From NCBI RefSeq assembly GCF_004010195.1, contig NC_057749.1, positions 26,138,902 through 26,202,901 of the forward strand: a stretch of DNA of 64,000 nt. Reading direction: 5' to 3'. The position numbers and the translations under genes were made by a program. Shown here in pieces: positions 35,786 to 48,700 of this stretch. This DNA comes from Chiloscyllium plagiosum (lineage: Eukaryota). Below the pieces are notes generated by a model. It had not been told where the DNA came from, did not search any database, and worked only from the letters and a program-made list of their open reading frames with translations. Positions within the stretch are counted from its first letter, which is position 1. Each line of letters opens with the position of its first letter.

Positions 35786-37640
35786 CTGGCTCAGAGAGAA
35801 AATAAATAGCACTCTTATAAGGGAGAAATGCACTTCAAACTGAACTGTAATTTCTTGGGAGTTACTTCAGACCTTTAGTTAAATTAAGAAAGCCTAGCAA
35901 AATTTGCTCCCTTAGAGACATGATTTTAATTAGGTTTGGGAGAAAGTAATACTTTTTAAAATTAACTTCATTTTGACTAAGTGAAGTGGTGAATCAATAA
36001 AGGAGGGTAGCCAGTTCAACTCCCCTCATGCTGGATTGACACTATGGTATCGCTCTGGAACGCAATGCAGGTATTCAGATGAGATCCACAATATCACAAA
36101 TTTTTCCTTATCTGGATGGTTTAAGGTGTCAACTCAATACAGCATTTAACAAAATACATTGTAATTGTATTTCTTAATTTCATTCAATTGATTGTCTCTT
36201 CATTGTTGCATATACTCGATTATGGTCCAACTGGTGTAAAAGTTGACCTCTGATCAAAAAGAATATTTATTTTTCAAATATCTCATGCATCAGTCGATAC
36301 CCAATTTTTAGCCAAAAATTCAAAACTACTTGCATTTAGTACCTACTCACCAACTTGACAACTCTATGAAAACGAGAAAGGAGAAGGTAGATTTCAGCCA
36401 GTTTTTTGTTTATTCATTAGTGGGACGTGGACTTCAGTGGCTGGCCAGCATTTATTGTCTGTCCCTAATTGGTCTTAAGGGGCTGGTGGTGAGCTGCCTT
36501 CTGGAGCCACTGCATTCCATGTGCCAGGATGATGAGTGTTCCTATGTATTTTCAGCCCTTGTCCTTCTAGATGGAAGTGGTCATGGGCATGGAAGATGCT
36601 GTCTAAGGACCATTAGTGAATTACTGCAATGCATCTTGTGGATAGTATATACTGCTACTACTGAACATCAATGGTGGCGAGGGTGGATATTTGTGAATGT
36701 GGTGCTAATCAAGAGGGCTGCTTTGTCCTGGATGGTGTCCAGTTTCTTGTGTGTTGTTGGAACAGAACCCATCCAAGCAAGTGGAGAATAGTCCACAAGA
36801 CACTCGTGACTTATGCCTCACAGATGATGGACAGGCTTTGGCAAGTCAGGTGGTGAGTTACTTGCTGCAGTATTCTTAGGAACTGACTTGCTCTTGTAGC
36901 CGCTATGTTTATGTGGTGAGTCCAATTGAGTTTCTGGTCAATGGCAACTTTCAAGATGTTCATAGTGGGGAATTCAGTGATGGTAACACTATTGAATGTC
37001 AAGGAGTGATGGTTAGATTGTCTCTTATTTGAGATGGTCATTGCTTGGCATTTTTGTAGTTCAAGTGTTAGTTGTTAGCCCAAGCTGGATACTATCTAAA
37101 TCTTGTTGCATTTGCTTCAGTAGTTCAGGAGTTGTGAAAGGTGCTGAACATTGTGCAATCATCAACGAACATCCCTACTTCTTACTTTATAATGGAGGGA
37201 AAGTAATTAATAAAGCAATTGAGGATGGTTGGGCATAGGATACTACCCTGAGGAACTCCTACAGAGATATTCTGGAGCAGACATGACTGCCCTCCAATAA
37301 CCACAACCATCTTCCTATGCACCAAGTATAAATTCCCAGCAGAACATTTGCCCCCAATACCCACAGATTTCAGTTTTGCTAGGGCTCCATGATGTCACAC
37401 CTCAGTTGCACCTTATTTCTTTTGTCCATGCTTGAACCATGGCTGTAAAGAGGTCAGGAGCTGAGTGGCCCTGGCAGAATCCAAACTGAATGTCACTGAG
37501 CAGGTGCTGCATGATAGCACTGTTAATGACAACGTCCATTATTAATGATTGAGTGTAGACTGGTGGTTGGTAATTTGCTGGGTTGGATTTATTTTGTTCT
37601 GCTTTTTGTGTACCGGACGTACCTGGGCAATTTTCTACAT

Positions 37641-39726
37641 TATAAGACCGTAAGACATTGGTGCAGAAATGAGGCCATTCAACCCAGAGTCTACTCTGCC
37701 ATTCAATCACAGTTGATAAATTTCTCATTTCTCCCCATAACCCTTGATCCCCTTTGATATTCAAGAACACATCGATCTCAGTCTTACATACTCAATGACT
37801 TGGCCTTAACAGCCTTCTGTGGCAATGAATTCCATATATTCACCACTCTCTGGCTAAAGAAGTTTCTCCTTATCTCCATTCTAAAAGGTCTTCCCTTTAC
37901 TCTCAGCCTGTACCCTTGGGTCCTAGTCTCGCAGACCAATGGAAATATCTTCCCAACGTCTACATTCAGTATTCTGCATGTTTCAATTTGATCCCCCCTT
38001 CTAAACTCAATCAAGCATAGATCCAGAGTTCTCAAACATTCCTCATATGTTAAGCTATTCATTCCTGGGCCCATTCTTGTGAACCTCTTCTGAACACACT
38101 CTAAGGCCAGTACATCCTCCCTGAGATATGGAGCCCAAAACTGCACACAATCCTACAAATGTGGTCTGACCAGAGCCTCATAGAGCCCCAGTAATACATC
38201 CCTGCTTTTATATTCAAGTCCTCTTAAAATAAATGCCATCATTGCATTTGGCTTCCTAACTACTGACCCAACCTACAAGTTTACCTTAAGAGAATCCTGG
38301 ACTAGAACTCCCAAGACTCTTTGTACTTCTGACTTCTAAATTTTCTTCCAATTTGGAAAATAGTCCATGCCTCTATTTTGTCTAGGTAAAAACAATGACT
38401 GCAGATGCTGGAAACCAGATTCTGGATTAGTGGTGCTGGAAAAGCACAGCTGTTCAGGCAGCATCCGAGGAGCAGTAAAATTGACGTTTCGGGCAAAAGC
38501 TCTTCATCAGGAATATAGGCAGAGTGCCTGAAGGGTGGAGAGATAAATGCGAGGAAGGTGGGGTGGGGATGAAGGTGATAGGTCAGGGAGGAGGGTGGAG
38601 TGGATAGGTGGAAAAGAAGATAGGCAGGTAGGACAAGTCTTGGGGACAGTGCTGAGCTGGAAGTTTGGAACTGGGGTGAGGTGGGGGAAGGGGAAATGAG
38701 GAAACTGTTGAAGTCCACATTGATTCCCTGGGGTTGAAGTGTTCTGTGGCGGAAGATGAGCGTTCTTCCTCCAGGCGTCAGGTGGTGAGGGAGTGGCGGT
38801 GAAGGAGGCCCAGGACCTCCGTGTCCTCGGCAGAGTGGGAGGGGGAGTTGAAATGTTGGGCCACAGGGCGGTGTGGTTGATTGGTGCAGGTGTCCCAGAG
38901 ATGTTCCCTAAAGCGCTCTGCTAAGAGGGGTCCAGTCTCCCCAGTGTAGAGGAGACTGCTCCGTCTCCGAAAGTGCATAACCTCACACTTTCCCATATTG
39001 TACTCCATGTCACTTCTTTGCCCACTCTCCTAGCCTGTCCAAGTGTTTCTGCAGGCCCCCCGCCTCCTCAATGTCAACTGTCCCTCTATCTTTGTATCAT
39101 CTGCAAACTTAGCCAGAATGCCCTCAGTTCCGTCATCTGGATTGTTAATGCATATTGAGAAAAGTTGTGGTCCCAACACTGAGTGTTGCGGAACACCACT
39201 GGTCACCAGCTGCCAACCTGAGAAGGACTCTTTTATCCCCATTCTCTGCTTTCTGCCAGATGGTGAAACTTCTATCCAATCTAGCACCTTTCCTCCAACA
39301 CTATGGGCTCTTATCTTACTTGGTAGGCTCCTGTGCAGCACCTTGTCAAAGGCCTTCTTGATGTCCAGATAGATAACATCCATTGGCTCCCCTTGGTCTA
39401 ACCTGTTTATTCTTTCCTCAACAGAATTCTAGAAGAGTTGTTACTTCCCCTTGATGAAACCACTCTGACTTTGTCCTATTTTATCATACACTTCTAAATA
39501 TTCAGAAATCTCATCCTTCACAATGGATTCCAGGATCTTACCCCCGACCGAGTTTAGGCTAATTGGTCTGCAATTTTATCTTTTGCCTACTCCCTTTTTA
39601 AACAGGTATGTCAGTTCGCAAATTTCCAGTCCTCTGGGACCCTTCCTGATTCCAGCGATTCCTGCAAGATCACCACTAACGCCTCCACTATCTCTTTAGC
39701 TATCTCCCTTCGAACCCTGGGGTGTC
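37641..39726 (-). mobile_element. CR1 LINE (RT to 3' end) nested in the older LINE
   Basis: YLDIKKAFDKVLH...GVPQ.SVLGP...FADDTK and QFWAPYL...QKRFTRM...RRNFFSQRVV. Confidence 0.92.
38384..38958 (-). mobile_element. PLE 3' fragment (GIY-YIG and hammerhead 38479-38514) nested in CR1
   Basis: LLYTGETG..LAERFREHL...PVAQHFNSPSH, and attc-CTGATGA-a-GAGC-tttt-GCCC-GAAACGTC. Confidence 0.9.
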
Positions 39727-40882
39727 GTCAGGTAGACGTCAGTGTGTAATTGTATTAGAAGAGTTTGGCTAGGGGAACAGTAAGTTTTGAGCACAGGTCT
39801 TCAGTACTATTGTCAGAATGTTGTCAGGGCTCATAGCCTTTTCATAATCCAGTGCCTCCAACTGTTTCTTGATGTCACATGGAGTGAATCAAATTGACTG
39901 AAGACTGGTATCTGTGATGCTGGCTTCCACTGGAGGAGGCCAAGATGGATCAACCACTTGGCACTTTTGGCTGAAGATGGCTGTGAATGCATCAGCCTTG
40001 TTTTTTGCACTGATGTGCTGGGCTCTTCCATCACTGAGATTGGGGATATTTGTGAAGCAGCATCTTCCAGCGAGTTCTTCAATTATCCACCTCCATTCAT
40101 GCCTGGATGGAGCAGGACCACAGAGCTTCGATCTGATCCTTTGGCTGTGGAAACGCTTCAACTGTTTATCACTTGGTTCCTACATTGCTTGGGATGCACG
40201 TAGTCCTGTTGGGTAACTTGACCAGGTTGAGGTATGCCTGGTGCTGCTCCTGACGTGCTCTCCTTCACTCTCCATGGAAACAGGGTTGATCCACTAGTTC
40301 AATGATAATGATTGAGTGAGGATATGCTGGGCCATGAGGTTGTAGATTGTGCTGGGATACAATTCTGCCACTGTTGATTGCTTGCAGTGCCTCACAAGTG
40401 CCCAGTCTTGAGTTGCTAGATCTTTTCTCAATCTGTCCCATTTAGCATGGTCATATTGCCATACAACATGATAGAGGATATTCTCAATTTGAAGGTAGGG
40501 CTTTGCCTCCACAAGGACTGCTGTGGTGACTCTTTCCAATACTGTCATGGACAGATGCATTGGCAGCTGACAGATAAGCAAGGATGAGGGTGAGTATGTT
40601 TTGTCCTCTTGTTGGTTCCCTCACCACCTGCTGCAGACCCTGTCTAGCAACTATGTATTTTAGGAAATGACCAGCTTGATTTGTAGTGCTGCTGCTGAGC
40701 CACTCTTGATGATGGCCATTGAAATCCCCCACACAGAGTACATTTTGCACCCCTGTCATCCTCAGTGCTTCCTCCAAAGTGTTGTTCAACATGGAATACT
40801 GATTGATTAGCTGAGGGAGGATGGTATTTGGTAATCAGCAGGAGGTTTTCTTGCCTATGTTTAACCTGAAGCCATGAAGACT

Positions 40883-41420
40883 TAAGAGTCATGGAGATAT
40901 ACAGCACGGAAACAGACCCTTCGGTCCAACTCTTCCATGCTGACCAGATATCCTAAATCCCATTTGTCAGCACTTAGCCCATATCCCTCTAAGCTCTTCC
41001 TATTCAAAGACCCACCCAGATGCCTTTTAAATGTGTGGTAATTGTACCAGCCTCCATGACTTCATCTGGCAGCTCATTCCATATACGCACCACCTCTGCA
41101 TGAAAAAGTTGCCCCTTAAGTCCATTTTAAATGGAAAGCAGCTTAACCTAATGTCCTGTACAGCTACAACATGACTTCCTAACTCCTATACTCAATGCTC
41201 TGACCAATAAAGGAAAGCATACCGAACACCACCTTCACTATCCTAGCTAGCTGTGAATCCTCTTTCAAGGAACTATGAACCTGCACTCCAAGGTCTCGTT
41301 ATTCGGCAACACTCCCCCCAGGATCTTAATATTAAGTGTACACGTCCTACTCTCAGTTGCCTTTCCAAAGTGCAGCAGCTCACATTTATCTAAATTAAAC
41401 CCCATCTGCCACTCCTTGGC
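40883..41420 (-). mobile_element. CR1 3' fragment, internally deleted
   Basis: Similar to 18978-19687. Confidence 0.85.
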
Positions 41421-41519
41421 CCACTAGCCCATCTGATCAATCACATCATTTTCAGTAGCCAGAAAGCATTTGTCATCAATAACTGGTCACTAGTCTTTAG
41501 ATCCAAGAAGGCTAAAGTG

Positions 41520-43000
41520 GGAATAAAGGAGAAACAGATTTAGGTACACAAATTATGAAGGGCCAAGACAAAAAGAAACCTTTCTTCTTAACAGAGGGAT
41601 CACCAGGGGCATAGACTTAAGGCAAGTGGGAGAAGGTTCAGAGAACATTCAAGGAAGAACTGTTTCACTCAGAAGGTGATTGGTATATGGAACCCTCTGC
41701 CTGAAAGGATGACAGAGGTGGGAACAATCATAACACCTGAGTATTACTTAGATGGCCACCGGAAGTGTCACTGGACTCAAGGTTATGGATCAGGTGCTGG
41801 AAAATGGAACTACAGGAGATAGGGGCTTGATATTGGCACAGGCATGTCATTTCACAATGTTGTGCCCATATCCCTCACATACATCATTACTATTTAGAAA
41901 CCTATTGATTTCTGTCTTGAACATACTCAATGACTTGAGCTTCCATAGTTTTCTGCAGTTGGAAATTCCAAAGTTTCACCATACACTGAATGAAGACATT
42001 CCTACTCACCTTAGTCTTAAGTGGTGAGCCTCTTTTTCTGACACAGTGTTACCTGGTTACAGACCTTCAGTAACTCTATGCCTTCCTCTCCCTTTCTCCA
42101 AAAAAAAACATCCATCCTGCATCTAACCTCTTGGGTCCGGGAGAATTTTGTCCACTTTAATGAGATCATCTCTTATTTTTGTAAATTCCAGAGAAGACAA
42201 GCCCAGTCTCTTCAATCTCTCTCTACAGAATAGACTGCTACCTAAAGAATTAGCATGGTAAATCTCCACTGCAACTCCTTTATTGCAAGTATCCTTCATT
42301 AGGTTAGGGATGAAAACTACACACTGTACCTGAGATACTATCACACCAAGACTATGTACACTAAACTAAGGCATCTTTCCTCCATCACTCAAATCCTCTT
42401 ACATCGAAGGCTAACATACCACTGGCTTGTAATCCAGTGGCCTGGGCTAATGCTTTGGGACATGGTTCAAATTCCATCACAGCAGTTTGTGGATTTTTAA
42501 GCACTTGAATAAATTTGGAATTGAAAGCTACTCTTGATGATGATGACCATGACAACTCACATTAATTTTCATTAAAAAACAAACTAATGATTTTTAGGAA
42601 AGAAAATATGTCACCCCTACTCTGCTTAGCCTACCTCTGACTCCAGACTCTCAGCAATGTGGTTCACTCTTAAATGGTCCAAGCAAGCCACTTATGTCAA
42701 GGGCTGCTAATGGTGGGTAATAAATACGAGCTTTGCCAGTAACACGCCATGAATTTTTTTTTAGATTGCTAGATTTTTTTTTTAAGATTCCTAATTGTTT
42801 ACTGCATCTACATATTAGTCTTCAGCGATGTATGAACAAGGACATTCAGGTCCCTATGCACATCAAAAACCTAATATCTCCCCATTTAGGAAATAGCCTG
42901 TTCCTCCTACCAAAGTGGATAACCTCACACCTATCCACGTTACATTCCATCTACTATGCTCTTGCCTGTTCTCAGCTGTTCAAATTCCATTTAAAGCTTT
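41520..43000. mobile_element. Decayed CR1 3' fragments: 41520-41850(+) and 41860-43000(-), the latter interrupted by a SINE
   Basis: RGH.L...F..RVIG.WN.LP remnants and RERLKRLGLSSLE. Confidence 0.65.
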
Positions 43001-44365
43001 CAACTCATAGTAGATTTAATCTGCTAGATTAAGCACCTTTTCTCCCTAATAAAAGCAAACAAAAATGGTTGGGGGAAAGTTTGAAGCATCAACAACGTAA
43101 ACATTAACAAGTCTTTAATGAAAACAGAATTAATTTTAATTACATAATTAGGCTAAACACAGACTTCGCCAAAAACGGATGAGTATCAGCCCATTTAGTC
43201 TTTGTCTGTAAGAAGAGGCTGAATAAACAACTGTTACAAAGCATATTAAAGTTGAAAGGAAAATCCAGTCAAAAACCTCAAAAACACAGTGTTCCCTGCA
43301 TTGCCCTTTGTAGAAAGCGGAACAATTGAGAAATGATGTTAGACAGATAATCTCGAGTCTTGCCAGATTCCTTTTTAGGACAGCAAAGGATTTCACAAAT
43401 CATGGTCTTCCCAGAAGATGTAACATGGTTTGGCATTTAACCTCGGAACTTGGGTTTCACTGTCTCGAAGCCAAACAGTGAAGGGGAGAAAAAGTAAGTC
43501 AAGCTTCTTGATTGTGTTTTAACAACTGAACTTAATGGTAATAAATATTTTTAAAGGATCTTTCCAATTAGTGAATCACTGAAGTGAATATAACTTCTGG
43601 CTGAAGAATGTTAATAAGAATGCAGTCGTAAATTTTGTTAGAATGTAACAGATGACCTGGGGGCTGACAGTGTGCTATGCAAGGTACACACAGTTCTGCC
43701 AAGTCTCCTGCATTGTATGGGAGTCTACTTTTTTCTACATGATCTAATAAGAACAAATGGCTCCACCTAAACACTTCATGCTAATTGCTGTTTAATAACT
43801 TCACACCTTACCAGTTGATCTTTGATCGCTGTGTCCAATGATTTTGCAGGCACAAGCTCAAACTTAAACACCTCAAATAAAATTATTAAACCAAATCCAA
43901 GGCCATGTAGTAACTACCCATATTACTTAAAAAAGAATCTACTGTCATACAAGATAAGCAGATTTGAGGATCAAAGATACATGCAAAGTTCAAGAATATA
44001 GATTCTGAAAGGTGTAAAAAAAAAGGTGTAGATCCTAAGATGGCCTACTTGAGGGACGAAAAGAAGGTAGTGGGTTATTGCAGAATCTATAGAACAAAAC
44101 ATAAAGCAGACTTCACTGATCTTGAACCAAATTATTCCAGAAAGCTGGTAAAACTACAATGAACGAAATAGATTCCCACCATGTTATAAATTATTTCAAC
44201 ATTTCTTGGAATGTGGGCAAGCCTGGAGGTTACAAGCACTGCTTGACCTGAGCACATTAAGAATTAACCACATTGGGATTCTTCCCTACTTTGATTAAGA
44301 AGGATGAGTAAGGAAGTACGTCAAATGTATTGTCCAGAAATGAGCAATTTTGTCTAATCCCTATA

Positions 44366-44677
44366 TAGATTAGATTACTTACAGTGTGGAAACAGGCCCT
44401 TTGGCCCAACAAGCCCATACCGCCCCGCCGAAGCGCAACCCACCCATTCCCCTACATTTACCCCTTACCTAACACTACGGGCAATTTAGCATGGCCAATT
44501 CACCTGACGTGCACATCTTTTGGACTGTGGGAGGAAACCGGAGCACCCGGAGGAAACCCACGCAAACACGGGGAAAACGTGCAAACTCCACACAGTCAGT
44601 CGCCTGAGGCGGGAATTGAACCCGGGTCTCCGGCGCTGTGAGGCAGCAGTGCTAACCACTGTGCCACCGTGCCGCCC
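44366..44677 (-). mobile_element. Young HE1-type V-SINE
   Basis: tRNA-like head with A box TGGCACAGTGG and B box GGTTCAATTCC, V-domain, CR1-like tail ending in (taatc)n. Confidence 0.93.
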
Positions 44678-45919
44678 AGTGCTGTTCATGTTCCACATGA
44701 GCCTCCTTCCATCCATTATCTAACTCCATCAGTATAACTTTTTATTTCTTTCTCTTTCACACACTTACTTAGATTTCTTTTGCTATTATGTATGTTATAT
44801 CTGTGCTATTCACCTCAACTTTCTCCTTTTAGCAGCTAGTTCCACATTCTCTCAACTACTGGGTTAAAGATATCCTCTTGAATCCCCTACTAAATGAACT
44901 GATGACTCTTTCTGTTACAGGGAAAGCAGCTTGCTACCTGGCAAGCATCTGGTAAATAATTAAGGCTTATTCTATTCCTGAGGTTCAAAACAATAGAGCA
45001 AATGGCATTAGGATTAACAAAATATACATTTTTTAAATTGAAGGAAATAATTAAGAGAAGACATTATATGTATCATATGAGAATTCCTGGATGTCAGTTT
45101 GATCCAGGGTAGTCTGATCTGCAGCAAGTATTTCAAATTCAAGAAGGTTCAGTTCAGAATTTCAGTAGGTTAAATTACAGATACTGTGACATATTCGGGC
45201 AACATACCTCAGCTCTTTGTACCAGGAGGCAGTCACACCTCTTGGAATATGTTTTCAGATTTGCTCAGTGTTCAGGGATAGGAGAATGTGACTGCAAATG
45301 AGTCGGTAAGGGAATTTATAGAGTAGGAGCAGTCTTTGTCACAATTCAATAGGTTTGAGTTGCAACTATCAAACAACACAACTGATGTAACTGCTCCAAT
45401 TATACTGTAAGAGCAACACTAGAATAAGTAAGACTTTCATTAGTAAAGCACCTTTCACAACCTTTCATAGCCAGAGTACTCCTGAAATGTAGTCACCATT
45501 GCTAATGTAAAAAATGAGGCAGCCAATTTGTTCATAATTAGTCCTCTGAAACAGCAGTATTTTTTCTGGCATTTTTTGAGGGATAAATATTGATCAGGAC
45601 ATGGGGGAGCTCTCAATGTTACTCCCAATGGCTCAGGATAATGTGGAAACCCATAAATAGCAAACTCCATGGAAATTGCCTAGGAAATTAAAGATTCTGA
45701 TGGACAAGCCCCCGTGTCTGGAAGAATCCATTAAAGTCAGAGAAATCAGAGGATTCCACTTTAGGAGAAATTGGAGGAGGAAAGAGAAACCTTGTCCAGC
45801 TCCTGGATAACTATTAAACTGACCCTCAATTTACCAGGGTCCCACCAACTTCTTACCAGGACCTGTCAACCCAATGTGATTTCACCTCATACTACTCCCC
45901 ACCTGTGAGATGATAGTCA

Positions 45920-46080
45920 AACTCTCAGACCTGATCAATCTAACCTACCTCCATCAGACTGAACATACACCTTAACATTCCAGACTCGACACCTTGCTCT
46001 CCCTGCCAGACCCAACAGCCCCACCCTCACCAGACCTGACAGCCTCTCTCCCAGTCAGATTTCACAAAGCCTCACCCCAA
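45920..46080 (+). repeat. Degenerate ~25-bp C-rich minisatellite
   Basis: CAGAC/CAGAT cores at 45926, 45955, 45981, 46007, 46031 and 46056. Confidence 0.6.
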
Positions 46081-47834
46081 CCCAACTTGTCAAATATGAT
46101 AGCCTGGTTTCCCCTTCCCTAGAATAGGCACAACCCAGCTTGAAAAGGTAGAGAGAGTCTTGAGTTAAATGTTTTGCTTTAATTTACTAGATTTATAAAA
46201 ACAAATGTACAAACTTCTGACACAGAGAAAGAATCGCTGCTTACATGAAGATGTGCATATCAGTCAGGTGTTTAGCTCTTGAATCTATAACAACTAAGGG
46301 GATTTTGCTTCCAGTGTGATAAATAAGACATGGGACCTGAATGAAAGATCAGGTTAAATATCCCAAAGACGTCGAAAACTGTCATCAAACAAGAGAAACA
46401 ACAGAATTCTTGGTCCATTTGATGCAAGTTTGAATGCATGAATTCTTGTTATGGAGTTCAAGCAAATTACAAGCTATGTTAGCCAGCAGCTATCCATAGT
46501 TGAATGAATGTTGAAGGTTTATTAAACTCAGTGACTCCCTCCAAACTTGGATTGGAACTAATCAGGAATCAGGCGTCCACCAGCTTGATGTCTCCAAATT
46601 AAATAGCTTGATTGTGTTAAGAGTCTTACAAATTGATTACCATTTAACAAAATGAATGATTGTTGGTATATGTGACAGTGCGTAGGCAGCATGGGTTCTC
46701 CCACCCCAAAGACTGCATTTATAAAATCGCAGTTTTAATCCATTGTAATATAGTAATAAACTTATAGCAATTTTGTTAACGTGGTACTTTTCCAGTATGA
46801 CACAAACATTATTGCACTACAAGGCCAATCCTTTCAAAGATACTTGTGGACTCGTAGGGAAAGATCAGGGGATGAATTCAAGAGAGCTGGCACAGTTATG
46901 AAGACCAAACCGCCTGTTTCTGTCTGCAGCGTTCTCTTTCAGATGCCTGCATTTGAAAAGTTAATCTCCCTTAAAAACAAACCTTCGTAGCTGGCTTAAA
47001 TTTAAGTCACAGAAGGCCACACAAATTAAGCATTTACCTGAAGACAGACAATTCAAATATCAGTACATGTAAAGGAAGTTCAGCAGCTGATGCAATTATA
47101 AGGTCTGACTGGCACAGACAGAATGGTGTCAAATGGACCATATTTTAAAATTGAGCAAGCCAGTTTATTGAATCAACTGAAAGAATTGTAGTTTAATACC
47201 AAAGAGGGAATGGCCTTTCTGGGCAGATGTCTGTCACAATAATCCCATCTCAATGCACAGAAATCTGCTAGAAAATAAAGCTAGTTGCTCCTGATGTCAA
47301 GGATGACTTCCCTGGACTTCTCAAGCAATTTTGTCAAATTTCTCACCACAGCCTATGGTCATTCAAGGCATGATAACATTCTGCCTATGGCTTCCATCTG
47401 GTTTGTCTTGATCTTCCAACATTTACATGGTAATTGACACATTAGTGAAACATTATTCACATCAATTCTGCAGTGACAATGGATACTAGGCTTCATTTGT
47501 GGGGATGCAACTGTAGTCCTAATCACCTCATTTAAAACTCAACTGCTCAACTAAAGAAATTAATATCTGGCTTTAATGATTGAAAACATTTCACTCGAGG
47601 TCCGGGATAACTGCTCGACTCTAGGTTGGCCATGAGTTTGAAAATGTGTCTGGAAACATGAACACCAGTGCAGACTTCAGAAACCCACAACTGTATTTCT
47701 AGTTGTGGTGGTCAGGAATGCAAAAGCAACAAAGAGACCTCAAGACCAACAGCACACCTGGAGATGTTGGAGGTGAAAATGAACAAAACATTCTTTGCCC
47801 TGTCTTAAGCCTACAGATTGCCCAAATGGCAATA

Positions 47835-48700
47835 GAACATCATAAGAAATAGGAACCGGAGTAAACCATTCAGCATCTTGAGCCTGATCCACCATTCAAT
47901 AAGATTGTGGCTGACCCGATATTCCTCACATTCATTTTCCTGCCTTTACCCTGTGCTCTTGATTTCCCTACTCATTTACTAGGAAGCTCAGAGGAACAGA
48001 GGGATCTTGAGATGCTTGTCTACAGATCCCTGAAGGCAGCAGAACAGGTTAAGAAGAAGTTAAGACATAAGGGACAGTTGCCTTTCTCTGTCATAGCATA
48101 GATTGTAGGAGCAGGGATGGGCTACATAGGAAACATATGTACAGAACTATAGCTAAGCCATAGCTGGAGTACTGTGTGCAGTTCTGATCTTCGCACTACA
48201 GAAAGGGTATGATTGCACTAGAGGGGATGCAAAGGATATTCACCAAGCTGTGGCCTCGAATAGAGCATTTCAGGTACAAAGAAAGGCTGGATAAGCTCAG
48301 ATTGTTTTCTTTAGAGCAAGAAAGGTTGAGGAAGGATCCTCAAGAGGTGTAAAAGATTATGCGGTGCATGGACAAGGTGGATAGAAAGCATCTGTTCCCC
48401 TTATTCAGAGGGTCAATAACAAGGAAACATTTTTAAAGTAAAAGGCAGTAGCTTTAGAGGGGATTGGAGGAAAAACCTTTTCACCTAGAGTTTGGCGAGG
48501 GGTCTTGAATGTACTGCCTAGTAGCTAGTTGAGGCAGGAAACCTCACGTTTTTAAAGTACTTGGATAAGCACTTCAAATTTCATAATTTTCAAGACCATG
48601 GGCCTAATGCAGTAAAATGAGATTATTGCAAGTATATTTTTGGTAGTAGCAACTCAATGGGCCAAAAGGCCTCTTCATAATATATGATTCTCTGATTCTA
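47835..48700. mobile_element. Back-to-back CR1 3' fragments: 47835-47975(-) and 47980-48700(+)
   Basis: EEQRDL, LEYCVQF and QRIFTKL remnants; CR1 tails facing outward. Confidence 0.75.

Larger units (their letters stand above)
36410..40882 (-). mobile_element. Old CR1/L2-like LINE (endonuclease, RT, 3' end), split into 36410-37640 and 39727-40882
   Basis: Endonuclease YHPPS...VLCVGDFNGHH...VREPTRGQNILTL. RT QFGFCQGHSAPDL and GVPQGSILCP. The two halves join to match the unsplit copy at about 6830-6900. Confidence 0.85.

Noticed and set aside
45920..46080. CRISPR-like repeat-spacer pattern
   Set aside because: The cores are only about 5 nt and degenerate, there are no cas genes, and the context is vertebrate.
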